Of a DNA stretch of 52,749 bases, positions 9,450 to 18,652 are shown piece after piece; within the stretch, counting starts at the first letter, position 1, and the number at the start of each line of letters is the position of its first letter. The stretch lies in the sequence record SRR31156797_3954; one strand, given 5' to 3'. A program made the position numbers and the translations under genes. Under the pieces are notes generated by a model. That model searched no databases, was not told the DNA's origin, and worked only from the letters and a program-made list of their open reading frames with translations.

Positions 9450-9914
9450 ATGCAAACAAATATTCAGCAAGACCTCAAATCAATCCGCATTGTATATTCA
9501 GCTTTAATAATAGCTGTTGTAGTCTTTTTGGGATCATCCATTTTTTTAGCATACCTAAATAATGGCACTCCATATATCGATGATGAATTAATTTCACAGG
9601 TATTCCAAACAATGATTTTTGTTTTTGGAGTTCCTTCCTTTGCTGGCGGTATGTATATCTTTAATAAAAAAATAAAGGCTATTACTGTAAAAGAAACAAA
9701 TGAAAAACTTGCTAAATACCGTGAGGCGATGATCATTCGTGCAGCGACCATCGAAGGTGCCAGCTTCTTCTTTGTCTCTGGTCATTATATGTTTAATGAT
9801 GATGTTTTTATTATTGCTGCTTTAATTGGACTTGGATTTCTGGCTTTCTTTTTCCCAACCAATGCAAGAATTGCCAAAGAATTAAACATTCAGGAGCAAG
9901 AATTGAATCAATAA
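9450..9914 (+). CDS. Hypothetical membrane protein (about 4 TM helices)
   Basis: Start moved to ATG 9450; four hydrophobic segments; IIRAATIEG and FFPT motifs. Confidence 0.7.
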   Translation: MQTNIQQDLKSIRIVYSALIIAVVVFLGSSIFLAYLNNGTPYIDDELISQVFQTMIFVFGVPSFAGGMYIFNKKIKAITVKETNEKLAKYREAMIIRAATIEGASFFFVSGHYMFNDDVFIIAALIGLGFLAFFFPTNARIAKELNIQEQELNQ

Positions 9915-10042
9915 GTAAGTTTAATTCCAAATAAAGCTATCACTGTAACACAAATTCAATTGAAAGATTAAACAAAAGGCTAGCTTTAGCGCTTCAAAAT
10001 AATTCAGAAGCTAAAAACCATATTCTTTGTAGAAACATTTTC

Positions 10043-10076
10043 GAGATCGCTTCTTCATTACATTCATCGCGATGAC
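10043..10076 (+). repeat. REP-like element (GAGATCGCTTC...ATCGCGATGAC)
   Basis: Shares its 3' end with 15-25 and its 5' end with AGATTGCTTC at 51779-51788. Confidence 0.5.
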
Positions 10077-10176
10077 TGTTCCAATTTTCTTGCCCTTTAG
10101 ACTCTTTATTCGCTTTGTCTCTCCTTCGCTCCGATCTCATAAATCTCTGCTTTCTTATCACTCATAACTCCGGTTG

Positions 10177-10192
10177 CTGAGCGAAGCCGAAG
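10177..10192 (-). repeat. REP-like element CTGAGCGAAGCCGAAG
   Basis: Inverted copy of 9026-9041 (15/16). Confidence 0.55.
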
Positions 10193-10214
10193 CACACCCA
10201 ATACTGATCTTTTG

Positions 10215-10243
10215 CATTCATCTGCCCAATTCCTACGCTCATC
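10215..10243 (+). promoter_or_regulatory. Putative LytTR-type operator (direct repeat, 21-bp period)
   Basis: CATTCATC (10215-10222) and CGCTCATC (10236-10243) upstream of an imperfect -7 box TTAATTTG (10276-10283); LytS-type kinase two genes downstream. Confidence 0.5.
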
Positions 10244-10307
10244 GCTTTTTATTTTAAGGGGCAAATTTTTACCATTTAATTTGCATCAAACCTTAAAACC
10301 AAAAAAA

Positions 10308-12707
10308 ATGAAATTAATCGCAACGTTTTTAACCCTTTTAATCATGACAAGTGCCATGGCAGAGCCTGGCGAAAGATTAGCTTATACCCAAACCGTGCGT
10401 GGACGAATTATTGATGCGCAAACACAAGTACCTTTGATAGGTGCTGCCGTTCAAATCTACAATGGTGATTACAGCAGCGGAACCATAACTGATGCCCTGG
10501 GATACTTTGAAATGGATGAAGTGCCCATTGGCCGTGTTACCGTGTTGACCAGTTACCTTGGATATTTTCCGCGCAAATACGAAAATGTGCCACTTACAAC
10601 CGGAAAACAACTTGTGTTGCAAGTACAAATGGAACAACAGGTTATTACAACTGAAGAAGTTGTTATTGTTGCCAAAAAAGATAAAACCCGTGCCAACAAC
10701 AAAATGGCTACTGTGAGTGCCCGCCAATTTACAGTGGAAGAATCACAACGCTATGCAGGAGCACGTAACGATGTTTCTAGAATGGCAACCAATTATGCCG
10801 GAGTAAGTGCAGCCAACGATGCCGTAAACGACATCGTGATTCGTGGTAACTCACCAATTGGTTTGCTATGGCAATTAGAAGGAGTGCCTATCCCAAACCC
10901 CAATCATTTTGGCGGAATGGGTGCTACCGGTGGTCCTGTTAGCATGCTCAACAACAACGTATTAGCCAACTCCGATTTTATGACATCTGCTTTTCCTGCC
11001 GAATATGGTAATGCTACTTCAGGTGTATTTGATCTCAAAATGCGCAACGGAAACTATGATAAGCACGAGTTTATGGGACAAATTGGATTCAATGGGTTTG
11101 AGTTTGGTGCTGAAGGACCAATAAGCCGTGAAAACAAATCCTCATACCTTATCAATTATCGGTATTCAACATTAGGTGTGATGGCTGATCTTGGTTTCGA
11201 CTTTGGAACCGGAACCGCTATTCCATATTACCAGGATTTAAACTTCAAAATTAACCTACCTACTAAAAAAGCGGGAACTTTTGAGGTATTCGGACTTGGC
11301 GGATACAGCCACATTGAATTTATGAACAGTGAAAAAGATGAAGAAGATGATAGTGAAAGCTTTTATGAGGACGACTGGATGGACATTCAGAGCGAGGGTG
11401 AAACAGTAGCTACAGGAGCCTCTCATACTTACATTTTCAGTCCTAGAACTCACTACAAGGCCACATTAGCTTACACACATATTGGCAATCGTAATAGTCT
11501 GGACTCAATAGGTGATAATAACAGTCTTCAAGACTGGAGAGAACTATCATTTACTCGGGATAACCTGATCGGGCAAGCATACATTAATCATAAATTCAAC
11601 TCAAAGCATAACATAAAAGTTGGTGCCCGATTTATGAATATAAACTACAAATTAGTTGACAGCTTATGGAATGAAAGCCTCGGATATTTTGAAACCACCA
11701 ACAATGAAGATGGAAGCACACAACAATTGGAATCATACGTGCACTGGCAATATCGCCCAAATGACAAAATTGAATTTAACACAGGGTTACATTACCAACA
11801 CTTAACGCTTGACAATCAGATTACTATTGAACCAAGAGTAGCATTCAAATGGCGCCCATTCCAAAACCAGACATTAAATATTGGATATGGTTTACATAGT
11901 CAACGTCAGCCCATGTATATGTATTTTGAACGCACCGTTTTTCCTGATGGAAGTTATGTTCAACCCAACAAAAACCTTGATTTCTCAAAAAGCCATCATT
12001 TCGTAGTAGGATATGACTGGAACATTACAGAGCACATGCGCATAAAAGCAGAAACCTACTACCAAAGATTATTTGACATTGTAGTTGAGCAAAACCCAAG
12101 CACCTATGCTTCAGTTAATACCGGTTCACAAGAATACTTTATTCCTGACAGTCTTGAAAATGGAGGTTGGGGCCAGAATTACGGTATTGAGTTAACTGTG
12201 GAGCGCTTCTTACACAAAGGTTTCTATTATTTGGCAACTCTTTCACTGTTTGATTCTCAATATGAAGGAAGCGATGGCAAACGCCGTTCAACTCAATTCG
12301 ATAGCGATTATGTATTCAACATTTTAGGTGGAAAAGAATTTGAACTATTCAAGAAAAAAGAAGATCGAAAATGGCAGCAATGGATCAGTATCGATTTTGC
12401 TCTTACTACAGCAGGAGGACAGCGCTACACGCCTGTAGACATTGCTGCATCTATTGCCAGTGGGCAAACAGAATATGATTACGACCGGGCCTTTTCAGAA
12501 AAGTTTGAAGATTATTTCAGAGCTGATGTTCGAATCGCTTACAGATTAGATGGTAAAAGATTTTCACAAGAATGGGCGTTTGATGTGCAGAATGTAACTG
12601 ATCATAAAAACCCTTTCAGCAAGCAAATTAACTTAGCCACAGGTGAAGAAGAAACAACCTATCAATTGGGTTTTTTCCCAATGGTGAATTACAGAATAAC
12701 ATTTTAA
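10308..12707 (+). CDS. TonB-dependent receptor with carboxypeptidase-regulatory-like N-domain
   Basis: Start moved to ATG 10308 (MKLIATFL); QTVRGRIIDAQTQVPLIGA, plug NDIVIRGNSP, NYGIELTVE, C-terminal YRITF. Confidence 0.92.
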   Translation: MKLIATFLTLLIMTSAMAEPGERLAYTQTVRGRIIDAQTQVPLIGAAVQIYNGDYSSGTITDALGYFEMDEVPIGRVTVLTSYLGYFPRKYENVPLTTGKQLVLQVQMEQQVITTEEVVIVAKKDKTRANNKMATVSARQFTVEESQRYAGARNDVSRMATNYAGVSAANDAVNDIVIRGNSPIGLLWQLEGVPIPNPNHFGGMGATGGPVSMLNNNVLANSDFMTSAFPAEYGNATSGVFDLKMRNGNYDKHEFMGQIGFNGFEFGAEGPISRENKSSYLINYRYSTLGVMADLGFDFGTGTAIPYYQDLNFKINLPTKKAGTFEVFGLGGYSHIEFMNSEKDEEDDSESFYEDDWMDIQSEGETVATGASHTYIFSPRTHYKATLAYTHIGNRNSLDSIGDNNSLQDWRELSFTRDNLIGQAYINHKFNSKHNIKVGARFMNINYKLVDSLWNESLGYFETTNNEDGSTQQLESYVHWQYRPNDKIEFNTGLHYQHLTLDNQITIEPRVAFKWRPFQNQTLNIGYGLHSQRQPMYMYFERTVFPDGSYVQPNKNLDFSKSHHFVVGYDWNITEHMRIKAETYYQRLFDIVVEQNPSTYASVNTGSQEYFIPDSLENGGWGQNYGIELTVERFLHKGFYYLATLSLFDSQYEGSDGKRRSTQFDSDYVFNILGGKEFELFKKKEDRKWQQWISIDFALTTAGGQRYTPVDIAASIASGQTEYDYDRAFSEKFEDYFRADVRIAYRLDGKRFSQEWAFDVQNVTDHKNPFSKQINLATGEEETTYQLGFFPMVNYRITF

Positions 12708-12715
12708 TTTATAAC

Positions 12716-12746
12716 GTCAGGCAGGAAATCAAACTGCCTGACTTTT
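12716..12746 (+). terminator. Rho-independent terminator
   Basis: GTCAGGCAG/CTGCCTGAC 9-bp stem followed by TTTT. Confidence 0.7.
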
Positions 12747-12784
12747 CTATTTGTGATTAAATTGAAATTAATAATTTTACACTC

Positions 12785-13843
12785 ATGTCAGACCAACCAC
12801 ATAAAATAAAAATTGTCTCATGGGGAACCATATATGAATCACTCATAATTGCATTCATACTTACTTCCTTTTTTGGCATTCGAATGTATGTTGCTGAAGA
12901 TCCAAATTTTAGCTGGCAAATAGGTGTTGTCTCATTTATATTTACTTTTTCAGTAGCATTCTCAATAACAGCTGTGGACCATTTGCTTGTAAATTGGTTT
13001 CAGGTCAAATTTCCGTGGCAAAAAGACAATGTTAAACGAATTACCATTGAATTTGTAATAACATCAATAACCTCAGCAATTATTATCACAATCATCTATT
13101 TAATTTTTCTCTCATTTAATCAAAACACATGCATTGGCGGACCATTACAAGTTGAATTGATGGATCATATTGCCATTGCCGTAATGATTAACCTTATTAT
13201 GCTGGGTATTGCAGAAACTAATTTCATGGTGAAACAGTGGAAGGCTTCCATTGTACAACAAGAAAAACTAAAACGAGAAAATGCCGAATCAAAATACCAG
13301 GCATTAAACAACCAGGTAAACCCTCATTTTTTATTCAATAGTCTTAATACTTTAACTTCGTTAATTGTACAATCTCAAAAACAATCTTTAGAGTTTGTGC
13401 ATCGATTTAGTGCCGTTTATAGATATGTTTTAGACACCTCAGACAAAACAGTAGTTGAAGTAAATGAAGAGCTACAATTTGTAAAATCCTATCTACATTT
13501 ACAGGAAGCTCGTCATGGAGAAAGCCTAAAAACAACCATTGATATTCAATCAAATAATTTGAATAAACTTATTCCACCCCTCTCCTTGCAGCTTTTGATA
13601 GAAAACGCCATTAAGCACAATGAAATATCAAATAGTCATCCTATCCATATTCGTATATACACAAAAGAAGGGTATTTGATAGTTGAAAACAACTACCAAC
13701 CGCGTAAAGAAAAACTTAATGATACTGGAAAAGGTTTAAAGAACCTGGAAGAACGCTATGCTTATTTGGCAGAAGAAAAGCCTTTCTTTGGGATTAAGGA
13801 CGATATATTTATGGCCAAGATTCCTTTGTTAGAAGATGAATAG
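12785..13843 (+). CDS. LytS/YehU-family membrane sensor histidine kinase
   Basis: Four TM segments; QVNPHFLFNSLN H-box; LQLLIENAIKHN N-box; GKGLKNL G-box. Confidence 0.92.
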   Translation: MSDQPHKIKIVSWGTIYESLIIAFILTSFFGIRMYVAEDPNFSWQIGVVSFIFTFSVAFSITAVDHLLVNWFQVKFPWQKDNVKRITIEFVITSITSAIIITIIYLIFLSFNQNTCIGGPLQVELMDHIAIAVMINLIMLGIAETNFMVKQWKASIVQQEKLKRENAESKYQALNNQVNPHFLFNSLNTLTSLIVQSQKQSLEFVHRFSAVYRYVLDTSDKTVVEVNEELQFVKSYLHLQEARHGESLKTTIDIQSNNLNKLIPPLSLQLLIENAIKHNEISNSHPIHIRIYTKEGYLIVENNYQPRKEKLNDTGKGLKNLEERYAYLAEEKPFFGIKDDIFMAKIPLLEDE

Positions 13844-13858
13844 TAAAAGATATTTGAT
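13808..13858 (+). repeat. Direct repeat copy 1 (kinase 3' end)
   Basis: 44/51 nt identical to 14678-14728. Confidence 0.85.
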
Positions 13859-13974
13859 CTTGGATAAGTGGATCTTGGGTAGGTCGAGGTCAACTTTTCT
13901 TCAGTTAAATAAATAATACCTTAATTTTATAGTTTAATTCGAATTCATGTTATTTATACATCCAAATTAATGCT

Positions 13975-14577
13975 ATGAAAAAATTGCTATTATCGTTATT
14001 TATTTTTACTGCTGTATTTACTTCATATTCACAGTCAAAACGGACAAATCAGGTAGATTTATCTGGATATTTTTTCACAAATAATGTATTTCGATTTTCA
14101 GAGATTGATGGAGCCGGATTCGTTGACAACGGTGAAGGAATCAGATTTGAGTTACAATACAGTAGGTTAATTACTAATAAAATATGGTTAAATACGGGAA
14201 TTGGATTCTTAAGAGCTTCAAATGTTTATCATGGTGCAATTATTAATCCTATGGACACACAAATAAGGCTAGATCAGGAAACAAATATAATTCAGATTCC
14301 AATTCGTATTCGATATGACCTGATTAATTGGCTATACTTCAAAAGCGGACTAACAATAGAATATCAAATAAATTACAAAAATAGAGATAAGATAAGTAAT
14401 CAATCTGGAATTGGTTTTTCATTTGCAGGAGGTATTAACTTGAAATTATCTAATTCTCTTAGATTAAGTATTGAACCCAAATTAGGAATTACTTCCTTGA
14501 TACCATTTAATGGAGTTGAATATCAACAGCATTTTTTATTGACCGGAATAAATTGTAATCTTGGCTACATATTTTAG
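13975..14577 (+). CDS. Outer-membrane beta-barrel protein
   Basis: Signal peptide; IQIPIRIRY, NQSGIGFSFAGG, IEPKLG; C-terminal LGYIF. Confidence 0.8.
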   Translation: MKKLLLSLFIFTAVFTSYSQSKRTNQVDLSGYFFTNNVFRFSEIDGAGFVDNGEGIRFELQYSRLITNKIWLNTGIGFLRASNVYHGAIINPMDTQIRLDQETNIIQIPIRIRYDLINWLYFKSGLTIEYQINYKNRDKISNQSGIGFSFAGGINLKLSNSLRLSIEPKLGITSLIPFNGVEYQQHFLLTGINCNLGYIF

Positions 14578-14677
14578 AAATGGCTTATAAATAAAAGACA
14601 TAAAGTTACCTACTTTAGCTATCATTAATAACTTAGCCCTTCTATATGCTTCTTCATTTGCTCCATCAACCATTAAG

Positions 14678-14728
14678 TTTGTGGCGAAAATCCCTTTGTT
14701 GGAAGATGAATAGCAATAGATATTTGAT
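14678..14728 (+). repeat. Direct repeat copy 2: orphan duplicate of the kinase C-terminus
   Basis: Translates FVAKIPLLEDE* versus FMAKIPLLEDE* in the kinase; offset 870 bp. Confidence 0.85.
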
Positions 14729-14733
14729 ATGAG

Positions 14734-14784
14734 TAGACGGAGCGCGACTCTGATTCTATTTATGGAAAAGTCGGACTCCGACTA
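14734..14784. repeat. Inverted pair of REP-like palindromes; possible terminator for ispH
   Basis: TAGACGGAGCGCGACT (14734-14749) and AGTCGGACTCCGACTA (14769-14784) are 13/16 reverse-complementary; located between convergent genes. Confidence 0.5.
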
Positions 14785-14823
14785 ATCTCTTAATCAACCT
14801 ATTTACTCAATTAACTTAATAAC

Positions 14824-15678
14824 CTAATCAACCAACCCCTCTATTCGCTCCTTCACCTTTTCCATCAACCACTGTGGAGTTGAAGTAGCTCCGCAAATTC
14901 CCACATGCATTCCATCTGTAAACCAATTTGAATCTACTTCGTCTGCATTGGATACAAAATAGGTATTTGAATTGGCTTTTTTAGCTACATTATAAAGCAT
15001 TCGGCCATTGGAACTGTTTTTCCCGCTCACAAATACAATCACATCATACTCACGGGCAAATTCAGCTATTTCAGGCACACGGTGAGATACTTTGCGGCAA
15101 ATAGTATCGAAGGCAGTCACATCCTTTTTTATATAGGCTTCAAGCTCATGCTTCATTTCCTGGAAGCCCTCCAAAGGCATGGTTGTTTGAGAAAACATAA
15201 CAACTGGTTTCTGAGGATCAAGCTTATAAATATCTTCAGGAGCTGATAACACAATTGCATTTCCATCCGTCTGACCAACCAAACCAACTACTTCAGCATG
15301 TCCTTCCTTACCGTAAATTATTAATTGAGTTTCAGGATGTGTCAGATAAAACTTCTTCACCTTTTCTTGCAATTTTAAAACAATCGGACAAGTTGCATCT
15401 ATCAATTGTAACCCTTTTTCTTCAATTTTTTCATAAGTTGATGGAGGTTCGCCATGTGCTCTAATTAAGATAGCTCCCTCTTGACCTTTGTCTAATTCAG
15501 CGCAAGAAACGGTTTTCATACCACGGTTCTCCAATCGATGCACTTCTTCTGCATTGTGAACCATCTCACCAATAGAACTTAATGGCTCACCACTAGCTAA
15601 ATGTTTCTCAGCTAATTCAATGGCTCGTACAACACCAAAACAAAAACCACTTTTAGGATCAATTGTCACAAGAATCAT
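14824..15678 (-). CDS. ispH: 4-hydroxy-3-methylbut-2-enyl diphosphate reductase
   Basis: GFCFGV, RAHG, DATCP, GHAEV, SQTT, DTIC, SSN and GATSTP motifs. Confidence 0.97.
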   Translation of the reverse strand: MILVTIDPKSGFCFGVVRAIELAEKHLASGEPLSSIGEMVHNAEEVHRLENRGMKTVSCAELDKGQEGAILIRAHGEPPSTYEKIEEKGLQLIDATCPIVLKLQEKVKKFYLTHPETQLIIYGKEGHAEVVGLVGQTDGNAIVLSAPEDIYKLDPQKPVVMFSQTTMPLEGFQEMKHELEAYIKKDVTAFDTICRKVSHRVPEIAEFAREYDVIVFVSGKNSSNGRMLYNVAKKANSNTYFVSNADEVDSNWFTDGMHVGICGATSTPQWLMEKVKERIEGLVD

Positions 15679-16361
15679 AAGGCATCACCTATTTTTGAAT
15701 AAACTATCTGCAAAGCATGTTCCAATTGTTGTTCACGAGTCATTATGCTGTTATCAATTACAGTTGCATCATCTGCTTTTCTTAATGGAGCTATCTTGCG
15801 ATTTTGGTCTGCCTCATCACGCTGTTTGATGTTTTGCAGAACATCCTCAAAAGGCTGCTCCATACCTTTCTCTTTTAATTCATCAAATCGACGCTTTGCT
15901 CGCACTTTAGGATTAGCGGTAAGAAAAAGTTTCACTTCGGCATCAGGAAATACATGTGTTCCAATATCGCGCCCATCCATTACCACACTGTTTGTAAGGC
16001 TATATTCTTGTTGCATTTTCACCATTTTCTCTCGCACAAAACCATGCCTTGCTACCTCACTCACATGGCTGGCAACCTGTTTTCCCCTTATCTCTTGCTC
16101 CACATCTTCGCCATTTAAAAGCAAATGATTATTTGAAGCTTGAAATTCAATTTTAACCTTATCTATTAGAGGCTGTAAGCAGCTAGTATTCAAGCCTCTG
16201 TCAGACATACAGTTATTTTTAATAGCAAGGAGTGCTATTGCCCTGTACATGGCGCCGGAATCAATATATATTGCACCTAACCGCTGTGCTATTTGTTTAG
16301 CAAGGGTACTCTTCCCACATGATGAAAATCCGTCGACTGCTATTTTATATTTTAATGTCAT
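15675..16361 (-). CDS. cmk: Cytidylate kinase
   Basis: Start moved to ATG 16361; IAVDGFSSCGKST P-loop, DSGAMYR, DGRDIGT; overlaps ispH start by 4 nt. Confidence 0.97.
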   Translation of the reverse strand: MTLKYKIAVDGFSSCGKSTLAKQIAQRLGAIYIDSGAMYRAIALLAIKNNCMSDRGLNTSCLQPLIDKVKIEFQASNNHLLLNGEDVEQEIRGKQVASHVSEVARHGFVREKMVKMQQEYSLTNSVVMDGRDIGTHVFPDAEVKLFLTANPKVRAKRRFDELKEKGMEQPFEDVLQNIKQRDEADQNRKIAPLRKADDATVIDNSIMTREQQLEHALQIVYSKIGDAL

Positions 16362-16379
16362 ATATTCAAATCTAAAGTG

Positions 16380-16387
16380 CAAATTTA
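16380..16387 (-). promoter_or_regulatory. -7 box of cmk-ispH promoter
   Basis: Reverse complement reads TAAATTTG, 18 nt upstream of cmk ATG. Confidence 0.6.
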
Positions 16388-16704
16388 CAAAATGCTACAT
16401 CAAATTTATCAAAGTAAACCGAACAACATTCTTAAAATTTGCTTCGAAGAATTTTTATTGTGGATTATCCGTGTAAATCTGTTTATCTATTTGATATTAT
16501 TACATTAAAACTTTATACATAAACTCAGGAGCTTACTTTGCTTAAATAATGGCACTTACTTACCAGATCAATCCGTTTAATCCGCGTTCTAATTCCCCTA
16601 AAATGTGTAATAAATAAGCTAAATCCGTTTAAGGAGCTTAATATAAATTGATTAAAACAGAAGACAAAAAAGCATCAGCTTTTCATTTATTTACAATAAC
16701 TCGC

Positions 16705-16712
16705 TATTTTTG
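16705..16712 (+). promoter_or_regulatory. -7 box of ispG promoter
   Basis: TATTTTTG 15 nt upstream of ATG 16728. Confidence 0.55.
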
Positions 16713-16727
16713 TGAAAATATTTCCGG

Positions 16728-18641
16728 ATGATTCAAAAAGTACCTTATCAACTTTTCAAATACGAACGATATAAAACCAACCCTGTCAAAGTTGGCCAAA
16801 TTGCAATTGGTGGCGATGCTCCTATCGTAGTACAATCAATGTGTAATACAAACACATCGGATGTAAAGTCATCCGTAGCTCAAGCTATTGAAATATTTGA
16901 TGCAGGTGCTGATATGGTTAGATATACTGTCATTCATAAAAAAGATGCTGAAGCATTAAAATCTATTCGGGAAGCCCTAACTGAAGCTGGCTACCATCAA
17001 CCCATTGTCGCAGATGTGCACTTCAATGCTGAACTGGCCTATATTGCAGCAAAATCTATAGAAAAGGTACGGATTAATCCCGGCAATTTTATTGACAAGC
17101 GCGCTAACTTTAAACAAATTAGCTATTCAATTGAAGAATGGCAAATTGAACTTGATAAAATTGAAACAAAGCTAAAGGAGCTTATTGATATTTGTAAAGA
17201 AAACGGCACAGCACTTCGCATAGGTACTAATCATGGCTCACTTTCTGATCGCATAATGAGCCGATATGGAAATACTGTAGAAGGGATGGTAGAAGCTACC
17301 ATGGAATTTCTTCGTATATGTCAAAAACACGATTTCTCAAATGTTGTGGTTTCTCTAAAATCAAGTAATGTAAAAGTAATGGTAACAGCATACCGTACAA
17401 TTATTGTGGCTATGCATAAAGAAAATATGCATTTCCCTTTACATTTGGGAGTTACCGAAGCTGGGAATGGCCTTTCAGGAAGAATAAAATCCTCGGCTGG
17501 AATTGGTGCTTTGCTGGCTGATGGTATTGGAGACACTATCAGAGTTTCATTAACAGAGCATCCTGCAAAAGAAATACCAGTTGCACAAACTATTATTAGG
17601 TATTTTGCCAACAGAGCTAATAAAGATGTTATTCAACCTTCAGTAAATACATACAAACCGCTAGACATCAATAAAAGAGATATTGAATCAGCAACCGATA
17701 TAGAAACAAAACATCCTGTTGTGGTAGTTGATTTAAGACATCTGAAGGAAATCAATGAAAGTGACATTGAAAATATTGGTTATATAAAAGTTGGTGACGC
17801 ATGGAAAGCTACACCAAGAGCTGCTGAATACGCTTTTGCTCAAACTACAAAAATAAATACATCAGTCCCAGAAGGTTTTAAGTTTTTATACGAATCATAC
17901 CTTGATGGCAAACCATGTAAACAAACTGCTCCTATTCTTACTCGTGCAGAATACCTTAAGCTATATAAACTTACAAGGCTAAAAGAAAAATGGGTATATC
18001 TACGATTAGAAGAGCTCACGGAAGAAATGATTGGAATTCTTAACAATGACAATCAGGTTATTATTATTTTAGAAACTACTCATCCACATGGTACTGCTGA
18101 TCAGAGATCGTTTTTCTTGCATCTAGCTGAGCTCAATTTGAAACGGCCTGTAATTATTAAAAAAAACTATGTAGAAGATGAGCCGGACGTTATGGCCATT
18201 AAAGCCGCTGCAGATATTGCACCATTATTTACCGATGGATTTGGAAATGGAATCTGGATCACTAACCCATTTATTACAGAAGTCAGAATATTGCATGAAA
18301 TAAGCTTTGAGATACTTCAGGCAACTCGCGCCAGAAGCACTTCTACAGAATTCATTGCTTGCCCTTCATGCGGCAGAACTCAATTTGACATTGAAAAGGT
18401 ACTTGAAGAGGTTAAGCAACGCACCAACCATTTAATTCACCTAAAAATTGGCGTAATGGGCTGTTTGGTAAATGGTCCTGGCGAAATGGCTGATGCCGAC
18501 TATGGATATGTTGGTGCAGCTCCAGGTAAAGTTAGTTTGTATAGTGGCAAAACACAGGTTCTTAAAAACATTCCGGCAGCCAATGCTGTTGATGAACTAA
18601 TAGATTTGATAAAACAAAACGGGGATTGGATTGACAAGTAA
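16728..18641 (+). CDS. ispG: (E)-4-hydroxy-3-methylbut-2-enyl-diphosphate synthase, long form
   Basis: VQSM, ADVHF, RINPGN, RIGTNHGSL, HLGVTEAG, GDTIRVSL, CPSCGR and GCLVNGPGE; central insert domain. Confidence 0.97.
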   Translation: MIQKVPYQLFKYERYKTNPVKVGQIAIGGDAPIVVQSMCNTNTSDVKSSVAQAIEIFDAGADMVRYTVIHKKDAEALKSIREALTEAGYHQPIVADVHFNAELAYIAAKSIEKVRINPGNFIDKRANFKQISYSIEEWQIELDKIETKLKELIDICKENGTALRIGTNHGSLSDRIMSRYGNTVEGMVEATMEFLRICQKHDFSNVVVSLKSSNVKVMVTAYRTIIVAMHKENMHFPLHLGVTEAGNGLSGRIKSSAGIGALLADGIGDTIRVSLTEHPAKEIPVAQTIIRYFANRANKDVIQPSVNTYKPLDINKRDIESATDIETKHPVVVVDLRHLKEINESDIENIGYIKVGDAWKATPRAAEYAFAQTTKINTSVPEGFKFLYESYLDGKPCKQTAPILTRAEYLKLYKLTRLKEKWVYLRLEELTEEMIGILNNDNQVIIILETTHPHGTADQRSFFLHLAELNLKRPVIIKKNYVEDEPDVMAIKAAADIAPLFTDGFGNGIWITNPFITEVRILHEISFEILQATRARSTSTEFIACPSCGRTQFDIEKVLEEVKQRTNHLIHLKIGVMGCLVNGPGEMADADYGYVGAAPGKVSLYSGKTQVLKNIPAANAVDELIDLIKQNGDWIDK

Positions 18642-18652
18642 AAAAAAGAAAA

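Noticed and set aside
10212-10307. N-terminal extensions from upstream TTG/alternative starts (also 2702, 3369, 9429, 16382, 26318, 44143, 45418, 48848, 51925)
   Set aside because: They cover promoter boxes or overlap neighbours; signal peptides or conserved N-termini begin at the downstream ATG.
14578-14640. Possible integron attC site after the inserted beta-barrel gene (and after 52485)
   Set aside because: No convincing RYYYAAC...GTTRRRY core pair with a paired stem, and no integrase.
16728-18641. Unusually long IspG (637 aa)
   Set aside because: The long form with an inserted domain is established for Bacteroidota and plants.
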